Below are positions 1 to 10,600 of a stretch of DNA of 44,654 bases, piece after piece. The position numbers and the translations under genes are program-made. The notes below the pieces were generated by a model. That model saw only the letters and a list, made by a program, of their open reading frames with translations, had not been told where the DNA came from and did no database searches. How positions within the stretch are numbered: the stretch's first letter is position 1; every line of letters starts with the position of its first letter. This DNA comes from a virus, in the IMG/VR virus record IMGVR_UViG_3300045988_143597. One strand, written 5' to 3'.

Positions 1-55
1 TCCGAAAATCGTCATAGTTTTTCTCCTTTCCGCCCAAAAATTGGGCATGAAAAAA
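1..55. repeat. 55-bp terminal direct repeat identical to 44600-44654 (circular-closure overlap)
   Basis: Bases 1-55 (tccgaaaatcgtcatag...ttgggcatgaaaaaa) recur exactly as the last 55 bases. The endolysin start and RBS lie inside the repeat. Confidence 0.95.
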
Positions 56-81
56 CCACCCCGGTCTCATTTCCGAGGTGG
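50..81 (-). terminator. intrinsic terminator between tail-fibre gene and lysis cassette
   Basis: Minus strand: CCACCTCGG-aaatgaga-CCGGGGTGG (9-bp stem, 1 mismatch) followed by T6 (plus A50-A55). Confidence 0.55.
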
Positions 82-99
82 TTGATAATTAGTATTGGT

Positions 100-1698
100 T
101 TAGTCGACGATGTAGGTGACTACGCCATTGATCCGAGAATTATCGCCTATCACGTAGTAGCCATCTATGGAAGCTCGTCCGTTTGGTTCAACTTTCGCAT
201 AAAATACGTTGCCACTATCGCTCAAGACGACACTAGAAACCGTCTCCGTTGGCCGAAACCCAGACGGCACTGTCCAGCTGTTCCAATCTCCTGCCCTGCA
301 TTCATTGAATTGAATCACCACAGCATTGCCCTGCCGTCGCACCACGCCCTTACCACCGGCGAACGTTTGTTTAGACACCGAAGGTGATGCGGATCGAACT
401 TGTTGATCAACGTAGCTTTTTGAGGCCGCGTGGTTATTCGCAGTGGGAATATCTTTAACTTGCAGCTGGCCGTCAGGTAAACGACAGGCCGTCGAAAGTC
501 CAACCGGCAAAAACATAGGAGGCTTAATATTCCCCGGCCAGTCAGAATGCTCAACCATCCTATGAGGCCTAGGCGGGCGCGCGTCCGACAAGCGCGGATC
601 AGACGAATCAACCTTTCCCGCCAACTGCGTAGGCAAACCAGTAATTTGCGACACCCCATGCGTGTGCGATACGTCAGCCTTACCGGCCAGCTCCGACTTT
701 GTCGCATACGTTGAATCAGCATCCGACTTAGTGAGTCGCAAATTGATTTGCCGAACTAAAGCCTCCGATTCTGTGCGGCCCGACTGCACCGCGTCAGCGA
801 GTTCCTTCAACGTGTCCAACGCGTCCGGCGCGCCGTTAACAAGCTTGTCAATAGCGGTTTTTACACGCTTATCAACATCGCCCGTCACCTCCGACGCAAG
901 ATGCTTCAAATGCACCCCACCGGTGGGTATCCCTTCTGCGATGATCTGTGCCGCCCGCCGCTCATGGCCCTCCGCTTTCGTCGCAGATGTAGCCGCGTTC
1001 CTGGCCTCAGCTTGCGCCGCCGACTTGTGAGACAACGCCTGCCCCGCTTGCACACCAGCTAGGCGCGCCGATTCAGTAGCGCCTTGTTTCGATGATTCAG
1101 CACCCTGTTTAGCCTCATCAGCCCTAGCCGCGTGCCCCTCAGCTGTTTTAGCGTGCGCTTGTGCTTGTGTTTCAGACCGGGCCGCCGCTTGAGCCGCTGT
1201 TTGAGCCGCCTGCGCCGATGACTCAGCGCCCTGTTGCGCACTCGTTGCCGCCTGTTCAGACTTCTTTACAGCACCCTGGGCGCGCACAGCTTCATCCTTA
1301 GCGGTAATCGCACCACGGCGCGCGTCCTCAGCACGGTTCACCATCACCTGAACCTCAGCGGCAATGCGCTGCACCTCCGACTCAGATACCTCTTCGGTAG
1401 ATTGTGCAGCCTTCACCGCCTGCGCTAAAGATAAACCATCTTTCACAATGATCGGCACCGGCTCCAACTCCGTAGCCCCCGGATATGGAGTGTTAGACTG
1501 CCTCACCAAGATCAGAACGGCGGGGCCTTCTTCCACCACCAACCGCACCGCACCCGCCTCACCCACCTGCACACGCACCGGCTCATCGACCACCAAACCA
1601 TCACCAGATGGGCGGGTACGCGTGGGGCGTATCAATACCTCTCGTACCGTCGCCGCTTGCGAGGTCACATCCTTTAATGACCCTTGAATAACAGCCAT
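100..1698 (-). CDS. tail fibre / minor tail protein with long Ala/Gln/Lys-rich coiled coil and C-terminal globular domain
   Basis: 532-aa ORF, last gene of the tail module. Central AQ/AK-rich heptad-like region and a beta-rich C-terminus. Confidence 0.6.
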   Translation of the reverse strand: MAVIQGSLKDVTSQAATVREVLIRPTRTRPSGDGLVVDEPVRVQVGEAGAVRLVVEEGPAVLILVRQSNTPYPGATELEPVPIIVKDGLSLAQAVKAAQSTEEVSESEVQRIAAEVQVMVNRAEDARRGAITAKDEAVRAQGAVKKSEQAATSAQQGAESSAQAAQTAAQAAARSETQAQAHAKTAEGHAARADEAKQGAESSKQGATESARLAGVQAGQALSHKSAAQAEARNAATSATKAEGHERRAAQIIAEGIPTGGVHLKHLASEVTGDVDKRVKTAIDKLVNGAPDALDTLKELADAVQSGRTESEALVRQINLRLTKSDADSTYATKSELAGKADVSHTHGVSQITGLPTQLAGKVDSSDPRLSDARPPRPHRMVEHSDWPGNIKPPMFLPVGLSTACRLPDGQLQVKDIPTANNHAASKSYVDQQVRSASPSVSKQTFAGGKGVVRRQGNAVVIQFNECRAGDWNSWTVPSGFRPTETVSSVVLSDSGNVFYAKVEPNGRASIDGYYVIGDNSRINGVVTYIVD

Positions 1699-1715
1699 CG
1701 CTTACTCACTTCCTT

Positions 1716-2924
1716 TTAGTCCGTCCGATAGTAGGTGATGAACACATCGGTGTATCCCAGGTTTGCACGTGGTGACCACGTAACCGTTTGCTCCCTGCCA
1801 TTTGCGTTAGCGGTGTGCACATCCACAGCACCATTGTTAGCTTTTGTTAAAGCGTGAATGACACCCTCCCAGCCTGGCTTAATCGTTATTTTCGCACTAT
1901 GCGCACCAATTAAGGGGGTATCACGGTCGACAATGAACAAATCAGTCTCCAGCGTTTTGCCCTCAATGTTTCCAGCCACCAACGTGGGCATTCGGCGTAG
2001 CATCTTGTCCCGCGTCTCATCGGCCTTATTGTTTGCAGCAATCGCAGTGCGGTTAGTCTCCGCCAACTTCTGCGTCGCTTTATTAGCCGCATCAACGGCG
2101 GCAATAGCCTTACTATTTGCCTGCGTAGCCGTGGTGTTAGCTTCGATAGCGATCCGCTTACCCTCTTCAGTGGTAAGGTTTGCGGCTTTCGCGGTCGCTT
2201 GAGCGTCTTTAGCTTTCGAGAGGGCATCATCAACAACCGAGGTAGCGGTTGTGGCTTTTTTCATCGCCTCAGCCGCTTTCGTTTCAGCACCCTCAGCGAC
2301 CTTAGACGCCCGGTCAGCGGTGGACTCAGCCCGCGCCGCCGTCGTTTTCACATGCTTAACATCCTTAGCCAGCTTCTTACGATCCGCCTCTAACGCCTGC
2401 TTAATCTGGTCGTTATGCGACCGTAGAGTTTCCGCATCTGTGATTAACTGCCCTCCAACATGCACGCGCCAGCGCACGCCCTGCTTATCTGTGAGCATGT
2501 CGCACGCCGTCACCGGTAGATTCAACACCCGGCCCCAAATACGAACCCCCACCACATCACCGGTGGTGAAATCCACACCGGGGGTGAACAAACCTAAACC
2601 AGCGCCCTCAATGTCACGCTCGAAAAACACATCGCCGTCAACACGCTTTAACGTTGAGTCAAGAACTTTCTCCATGTCGGAGCGCCCATGCCCGTGACCG
2701 TCACCCGCGTCAACCGACACATCCGCGCGCACCCATGCGAAGTCAAACCTTCCCGTAGGCATACCCACTGGACGGTAGATATACCCGTCTACAAGGTTGT
2801 CATCCTTACCCGTGTCTTGATACCCCTCCGGCAGGGTGACAGCACGGGAACCATACACGTATGCAGCCGTGCGGCGGCCCACGGTCATATCGCCGCCACT
2901 GGCAACGAGTTGCACAAAACCCAT
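1716..2924 (-). CDS. minor tail protein (coiled-coil fibre-like)
   Basis: 402-aa ORF in the tail-tip block. Central Ala/Lys/Thr coiled-coil segment; tightly packed with neighbours. Confidence 0.55.
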   Translation of the reverse strand: MGFVQLVASGGDMTVGRRTAAYVYGSRAVTLPEGYQDTGKDDNLVDGYIYRPVGMPTGRFDFAWVRADVSVDAGDGHGHGRSDMEKVLDSTLKRVDGDVFFERDIEGAGLGLFTPGVDFTTGDVVGVRIWGRVLNLPVTACDMLTDKQGVRWRVHVGGQLITDAETLRSHNDQIKQALEADRKKLAKDVKHVKTTAARAESTADRASKVAEGAETKAAEAMKKATTATSVVDDALSKAKDAQATAKAANLTTEEGKRIAIEANTTATQANSKAIAAVDAANKATQKLAETNRTAIAANNKADETRDKMLRRMPTLVAGNIEGKTLETDLFIVDRDTPLIGAHSAKITIKPGWEGVIHALTKANNGAVDVHTANANGREQTVTWSPRANLGYTDVFITYYRTD

Positions 2925-2927
2925 GAC

Positions 2928-3782
2928 TTACCCCTTCTGTTCCACACGCACAACAGCCGTAGGCAGTGACAGCCGCTCACCCTGCGGTTGCTCATCACCG
3001 GGCCACCACAAGTCAACGGTGATGCTCACACCAGCCGCTAATGCCACGGCTTGTATCTCCTGCCAAATTGACTTATCCGTCGGTCGAATCAACACCTCCG
3101 GCGACGGGCGATTAGACACGCGGGTGTCAACCACAATCGGAGGGTTGTTCTTCACCCCCGCGACACGATACGCCGCGGCTAGCGAGTCCATAATGAGCTT
3201 ACGAATAGTCGCCTCAGCCGGGCCGCCAACCGTAAACCCATCCGCAATAGCAGCAAACTCAACCGGGGAAAGTGAACGCACCGTGCCAAACTCCGCACCT
3301 TCATCACGCTCAAAATTACGCCACTGATCTGCCTTCCACGCACCAGGGAACGATGGGCACGGCACAGCATCTAGCATGTCCAACAAGCTCACAGCGTGGA
3401 TAGTTAACGTTTGTGGGGCGGCCACCTCACCCTTTGCAACAACGTGGGTGACCTTGAACGCGCGCCGCTCACCCTCACGTTCAACAACGATCATGCGGGT
3501 TTTCTGCGCAGCTGGCACCAACTGACCATCCGGCCCAACAATGCCCAAACCATCAGCCACCAACTCGTCCACGATCTGATGCACGACACCATATCCGGTC
3601 GCGACGTTGATAGTGCACTCGAACGAGGTCGGAGCGTTACGCGCCTGCGGTGCTTTCAACTCAACCACAGGAGGTACGTCCATTAACGGCACGCCATCAG
3701 CATCCAACAAACCAATCCACTGGCCGCGATCAGCAATGACCTGCGCCCGGTGCTTTTTATGCTGCTCCCAATCAAAAACCAT
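2928..3782 (-). CDS. minor tail protein
   Basis: 284-aa ORF, second gene after the tape measure. Gaps of 4 and 10 nt to its neighbours. Confidence 0.5.
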   Translation of the reverse strand: MVFDWEQHKKHRAQVIADRGQWIGLLDADGVPLMDVPPVVELKAPQARNAPTSFECTINVATGYGVVHQIVDELVADGLGIVGPDGQLVPAAQKTRMIVVEREGERRAFKVTHVVAKGEVAAPQTLTIHAVSLLDMLDAVPCPSFPGAWKADQWRNFERDEGAEFGTVRSLSPVEFAAIADGFTVGGPAEATIRKLIMDSLAAAYRVAGVKNNPPIVVDTRVSNRPSPEVLIRPTDKSIWQEIQAVALAAGVSITVDLWWPGDEQPQGERLSLPTAVVRVEQKG

Positions 3783-3791
3783 GACACTCCC

Positions 3792-4574
3792 CTACTGCTT
3801 AAATGGATCAAAGAAACCCAGCTGCCACTGCAACTCCGCGCCAGCTGGCAGGCGATACGTGCGCACCTGCCCCACCGGTATCCCCTCCGGCAACACCGCA
3901 CCATCCAGGGCATGCCACAGCTCACGATCAACAACATCCGAATCATCAACGACCACACACGATTGAGCATTATCCAACACCAACGTGCGGGCCTCAGATG
4001 TTCGCGGCAAATCAAAATGAGCACCAGACGGCAGGGTGACCCGGCCACCGGCACCCTTCCACCTGATACGGGGCCACACCTCCACATCCCCCGCATTCGT
4101 CACAGTGATCGAATCGCTAGCTTTCACCACATCCAACGACCAAAAACCCGCATCCGCAATCAACGGAACCTGCACACCGTCATACCCATGAGCAGCATGA
4201 GGATCAAGCTTCAGCGGGCCAATAGATTCACGCAACCTCACCAGCGCCGAAACGTTACCCACGCCAGGCGCATTCACCCTCAACGTACCTTCTTGAGTGC
4301 GGGAAAAACTCTGCCGAAACTCCGCAACCGTCTCCGCCAACGTAGCCCCAACAGCCGGACGAATAGCAACCTGCAACTCGCCCGTCATCGGGTGAACATT
4401 CAACCCATGAAACCGCTGCCCTGCCACACCAACCGCAGACGTCACCACATCCTCGGCAACACCAACCAAACCACTAATGCCACCGCTGACCACGAAAGGA
4501 CCGCCAGTGCGAGCAGACAGATCAAACCGGTGACCTACAGGGCTTGTATACGACAGTCGATAATAAGGCCGCAT
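3792..4574 (-). CDS. distal tail protein (Dit-like) / minor tail protein
   Basis: 260-aa ORF immediately downstream of the tape measure, the canonical Dit position in siphoviruses. Confidence 0.5.
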   Translation of the reverse strand: MRPYYRLSYTSPVGHRFDLSARTGGPFVVSGGISGLVGVAEDVVTSAVGVAGQRFHGLNVHPMTGELQVAIRPAVGATLAETVAEFRQSFSRTQEGTLRVNAPGVGNVSALVRLRESIGPLKLDPHAAHGYDGVQVPLIADAGFWSLDVVKASDSITVTNAGDVEVWPRIRWKGAGGRVTLPSGAHFDLPRTSEARTLVLDNAQSCVVVDDSDVVDRELWHALDGAVLPEGIPVGQVRTYRLPAGAELQWQLGFFDPFKQ

Positions 4575-4659
4575 CGTTTCCTCTTTTCACTTATACATAG
4601 AAAAACCATGAAACCCCGGCGCAGATAAACATCCACACCGGGGTTAAGGTGGCAGCAAC

Positions 4660-7600
4660 CTAGCGGCGTGCCGCCATGTAAGTAACAGCTGGAGTATCTT
4701 TCTTCTCCAACTGCTTGACACGCAACTCCAAAGACGACTGCGCATCATTGACCATCGACAAAATAGATTCGACTTGATCAGCGGAATAACTATCGCCCTT
4801 GACCAAAGGAAGTTCCACCACAGTAGAACCAACCTGGGCCGTCACAGTACGCACATCACCAGCGATCTCCGCCAACTGTGCGCGCTGCGCGCGGGCAGCC
4901 TCCAACATCTCATCACGTTTAGCCGCTGCAACATTAGCCGCATCAGCTAGACGTTGTGCCTCATCTTTAGTCGATGCCTTGAGGATGGACTCTTGCAACT
5001 TCGCAAACTCAACACCAGCTTGCAGACCAGCAACCTTGGCATTAGCTTCTAGCTGCGCTGCAGCTTGGCGTGCCGCCAACTGTGCTTTCTGAGTCGCTAG
5101 ATCGTAGTCAAGCCGCGCCGCTGCTTCCTCATACAGTGATTGAGCACGTTCGGCTTTCAGCTTCGCAGCATCCCACTTGGTGTTCACAGCTATGCCACCA
5201 ACAGTGTCGCTAGCTTGCAATGCAGCCGCAGCTGCCGCTGGATTGCTCTGCGACAGGTACCCGGCAGCTCCAGCGCCAACGCCCTGGATACCAAGACCTG
5301 CGATCAAGCCGACCTTATCGCCGATACCCATCGCTTTCCAGCCGTCGCGAATATCGTCACGATACGCATGTGTCTCAATGCTGCCTGTAACAAGGTCCTT
5401 GAGGCCACTGATAGCCGTAGCTCCACCAGCAATAGCACCCAAAGGCCCACCAACAGCGAAACCAGCGATACCGCCAGCGATGCCACCAAGGATCTTGCCG
5501 ATACCGCCAACGATCTTGCCGATGCCGCCAAAACCGCGCTGTGCACGGCTAGCACCCTGCGCTGTGAGTCCATAGAACTCTTGAGCTTGAGCCTGCATGC
5601 GTGCGGTCGCGGCTTGCAACATCTGCGCAGTATGAGCTTGCGCCAATGCCGCGTTAGCTGCCGCAAACGATGCTTCGACCTGCTTGTTGTGGGCGATTTC
5701 CTCAGCGAGCAAAGCTTCAGCACGGACCCTGGCAAGGGCCGCGTTCGCTTGCGTAACTTCCTCAGAGCTGTCAACCATCTCATCGGTGATCTCCGAGATG
5801 CGGAACACGCCGGTATCCCGGAACCGATCAATGGCCCCACCAAGGGCGTTGAGCGATGATCCCGCACGCATCGTTGCAGCCACACGCGCCTCTTCAACCG
5901 CATGCTCAGCCTGCGAAATACTCACCAAGCCATCCATGCGGGCCTTGAACACATCCCACTCAGCCAACCGCAAATCTTGGTACGCCTTCAACCGTGCAAT
6001 GTTGTCGGTGACCTGCTGCATCTGCAGCTTCGATGCTTCCTGGCGTGCCGTTTGGGCGAGCTTTGCAACATCTCCCATCGTCTGCCACATAGCGGCGATG
6101 GAAGTAAACGCTTGCGCAATACCTTTAAACACATCATCAATCGCGCCCTGGATAGCTTTAAAGCGAGATGCCACCACAGTGCGCTCAGCTGCTTCAAGCC
6201 GCTTCGCGGCATCCTCCGAACGCTTGCGAGCAGTCGCTAACTCGTCCTCAGCTTTATTCAGCTTCTTCAAAGTATCGCGAAGTTTCTTAGCGTTCTTTGC
6301 ATCCGACTTTTCCAACTGCGCATCGGCGTCTTCACGAGCGCGCGCTAGGCGCTTTTCAGCGTTCGCAATATCGTCAGCTTTGCCCTTTGCGCGGGCATTT
6401 GCCAGTGTTTCTTCTGCGTCTTGAATTTTACGACGCGATTGCACCGACAATCCGCCCTCGTCGGCTTCCAACTCAGCGACTTGTTTGCGCAGTTCCGCAA
6501 CCTCAGCTTCTTTGGCCTTAATCGACGAAAGATCAGCTGCGATAGATTTACGCGTCTGCGCTAGACCGTTTTCGGCATCTTGGACAATCTGTGCTGCATC
6601 AACCCAGCTACCGCCCACGGAACGCAACTGCGTATTGAGCCGCAAAGCTGCATCAACTAGTGGATCATTCTTGCTCAAACCAAGAGTTTCACCACCACGG
6701 AAATTGCCGCCAAACGTCGCACGTTCCAACACCGGCACTAACGCACCAAGGTTGTTAGACAGGCGGCTAAACGCAGTCAGTTGGTCATTGTTAATGATGA
6801 TTTCCGGCTTATGCGACAAGTTGAGCGCTGTAACACCGTGTGGCAAAATACCGCCCGTGTCGTAGACCCCGGCACGGGCTACAAGGCCTTTTGCCGCGTC
6901 CATCTGTTGGGCATACCTGTCAGGGAACGCGGACACCTGCACTTTTTGTGCAGCAGCGCCAGGGTCCATGTTCTCCCAGTCAAATTGCTTCAAACGATCA
7001 AAGAACATCCCCGCCGACTTAAACGGCGTCATGCGGTCCTCAACCGTACCCCAACCAGCCTGCCGCTGCTGGAACAAACCAATGCTGTCAGAGTCGCTGC
7101 CAACCGCATCGTGGCGGAAACTCAACGATTCCGGCACTGCATTATTGGCCCACATTTTCAGCGGATTACCAGACTCAACCAGCGTAGTTGCAACGCCGAT
7201 GATTGCGGCGGCAACACCAAGGCCCGCATCCTTTGCAGACCGTGCGATTTCGTGAGCAAAGAACTCAGGACCCCAATCAGGCCCGTTCCACGAACCTAGT
7301 GCCGCGTCTCGATTCTCATCCGACAGTAGCGGGTCACCAGTGTTGTTTACGCCCACGCCGCTAGCATTCTCGGACTTTAGACCAATGTGTTTTGCCGCCT
7401 GGTCAAACAACTCTTGTGCTTTACCAAAGTTGCTAGCGCTAGATGAACCGGAGGTGGTGGACACAGCAGACGAACCAGAAGCGGCAGACACAGCAGATGC
7501 AGTCTCAGACAACGCATCTGCGACCTGCTCAGCACCCTTAGCGTAATACCAATCGGTGAACCCACGGCCTTCTAGAGGACCAGCTTTACCGCCAATCGTT

Positions 7601-10600
7601 AAACCCTGCCCGGTATTGCCACCGGACTCGACAAATGTGCCGTCCGGCAATTGTGCGGCGGTATGCCCACCACCGGGGCCACCGTTCAGGAACGCCACAC
7701 GGAAGTCGCCTTCACCACCGCGACCCTCGCTAAAGCCCTTGTTCACTAACCACGCGCCCTCAGCTGCCGTCGCAGTCCTTGAGTCGAATTTATCCAACCC
7801 ACGAAAGACGTTCACAGCCAGGGAGATTGCGCCGGAACAGTCCACACCGGCCTCAGACCAACCGCCGAAAATATACGGCGATGCGACGGACTCCAACGCC
7901 TTCTTGATCTCATCTGACGTTTTCGCGATGAAACCACCGTCAGCAAATCCGGGGAGTTTAGGGAATGTACCGGCGTTAATCATCTGCAGTTCGCGCGCGT
8001 ACTTGGCAGAGCTGTCACCGTTGATAACCCATTCGCCAGCATCAAGGCGGGCAATTGGCATACCGGCACGGTTAACCGCTAGGAAACCGTCAGTGGTGTG
8101 AGTGCCAGGCCCCGCTAATGGCAAGCGGTAGCCGCCACCTGTTGCGAAACCTGGAACCATGCCGCCGAAAGCGAACCCCGGCACTAAACCTTGGGCGTGG
8201 CCGGGTAGGACGCTTTTCACCGCGCTTGTCACCTTTGACCCCATGGCCTTAATGCCGTTGACCAGGCCCTGAATAAGGTCCTTGCCCATTTGCACTAGCC
8301 ATGTGCCAGCGCCGTTAAACATGTTCTTGATCTTGGTGGGAATGTCCTTGACATAGTCTAAGAAACCACCGAAGTGGTTTTTAACTATCTCGATGGAATC
8401 TCCGAAATAGTCTTTGAACGCGTCAAGAATATTATGGAAGGCGTCGAACACGTCCGCTTTGATGCGGTTGAACGTGTCCGTCATTGCTTGCTTTGCGCCC
8501 TCAAAATCGCCGGTGATCAACTTCGAGAACACATGGAACTGCCCAACGAGCGCATCAATGACAACCTTGAGTGCTGCGAAAACGGTGGCTGAAAGGACGT
8601 TCCAGACCAGTTCAAGGTTGTTTTTCATATTGTCCCACACAAACGAGATCGCGGTAGTGGCTGCATCGAATACAGCTTTGATCTGGTCCATGTGGTCAAT
8701 GATTTCGTTGATGACCTTTTCCTTGATGTAATTCCAACCTGTCTCGATGTCCTTTTTGGTGTCATCGATGGGTTGCTTCAGGTTGTCGTCATACCAGGTT
8801 TTTAGGTCATCGAACTTGCCTTTGAGCCAGTCCCATGCATTGCCGACGTGTTCGGTGATCCAGTCGTGAATTTTGGGAATGTTGGTTTCTAGCCATCCCC
8901 ACACGGAACGGAAAGCGTCGCCGATGGTGGCTACTGCGTCCATCAGTGCTGCTGCGGTATCTGGGCCTAGCAGGTTGTCGAGGAAAGTAGATTCTCCATC
9001 GCCTTGACCGGTGAACACTGCCCACAGTTCACCCACGGCACCTTTAATGTTGCCGAAGATCTCTGTGATGTTACCCCACAGGTTGGCGACAGTGTTTTGG
9101 ATCCACTCCCACACCGGCTCCCACTTAGCTTTGACGTCTTCCCACACGCCAGCGAACACATCTTTAAGCCACTGCCATGATGCTTTTAATGCGTCGGTGA
9201 ACTTCGCCCACAGTTCCCGCCCGGTTTCCGTTTTCGTGAAAAACGCCCACAGTGCAGCGCCCACAGCTGCGGCTATCGCCGCAATAGCGATAAATGGGCC
9301 AAGCGTAGCAATGATGCCAGGGGCAGCCTGCAAGAAAGCTCGCCCCATGAACTTCGCGCCGATAGCGAGTTCTTTCATCGGTTTCAGCGCCAACGTCGCT
9401 GCGTGGTGGAACGGGTTAAACGCTGTTGCCAACCTGGTACCCATACGTGCGAAACCAGCGAGCGCGGGTGAGGTCGTTTCCGCTGCTGTGGCAATCAGCG
9501 ACAGCTCTTGTGCAACCTTGGCGACCAATAGAACCTTGCCGATTTTGGTGATTACGCCAAGGACGTTTTCAAACGGTGGGGTGATGTTGCCAATTGCTTT
9601 CGCACCTAACCATGCGGTAATGAAACCAGCAACGAGGTCGGGGTGCGCCGCTAGGGTGTTGACGATCGTTTCAATCACCGGCGCTAGGGACTCAAGAATC
9701 TTGCCCAATGACTTCCACGTGGCGGCAGATACGTTCGCCGCCGCTTCTGCCATCGTTTTGCCGATAGATATGATGTTGGGTAACAATCCGTTGATAGAAC
9801 CACCAAACGATGTAAACCCATCAACAAGCGCGTCAAGCGCCCCACTATCTTTAAGCTGCTGCCAGAAACCAGGTAGCCCCTCAACAACGTGTTTTAACCA
9901 CGGAGCGACCTTGTTTTCCAAGGTATCACCGAACTCGGCCATAGCAGGGGTCAGCACCATTCCCACCTGAGTAGCCAGCGGCTTAACTACATCAGTAAGA
10001 ACATCCACCAATGCCGTTGCGCCACCAACCATAGCGGGCAAACCTGCAAACACAGGTTTCACCGCTTCAGCGCCTAAACGTCCCAACGCGGCACCAAAGT
10101 TCGACAAAGCGCCAGATACAGTTTCGCCCATCTTCTTCGCAGATCCGCCCACGCCCTTTTCCATAGCGTCAGCGAACGTCGCGAAATCGATCTGGCCTTT
10201 GGACACCATCGCGGACACCTCAGCGGAGGTTTTGCCCGTCTGCTCAGAAAGTAGCTGGAGCACGGGCACGCCACGCCCCAACAGCTGCATCATATCGTCG
10301 CCCTGAAGCTTGCCACGAGCAGCGACGGATCCGAAGATCAAACCAACATCTGCCATAGATGCACCCGCGATAGCTGCTGTGTCAGCAACCGTGGTCAAGC
10401 GCTTTGCCAGCTCTTCGCCGGGTTTCACACCAGCTGCGACCATACTCGCGGCAGTCGTTGCAGCTTCGCCCAAACCAAACGCTGTGCCCTTAACTGACCT
10501 CAAAGCGTTGTCCATAATGGCAGCAACGCTCTCAGTATCGTTGCCTAGGCCTTTAAGCTTCGCTTGCGCTTGGTCAATAGCGTTCAAGCGGGCAAAGCCC

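Noticed and set aside
1-55. Terminal repeat as a true cos site or short direct terminal repeat.
   Set aside because: The length equals a common assembler k-mer. The junction lies inside an ordinary intergenic/RBS region far from the terminase genes. I interpret it as an assembly overlap, although this cannot be proven from sequence alone.
5684-9970. Long antisense ORFs inside the tape measure gene (for example 9011-9970 at 319 aa, 5684-6424 at 246 aa and 7556-8101 at 181 aa).
   Set aside because: They are Ala/Ser/Pro-rich mirror frames of a GC-rich gene with strong sense-strand motifs. They have no RBS and are entirely nested. They are typical shadow ORFs.
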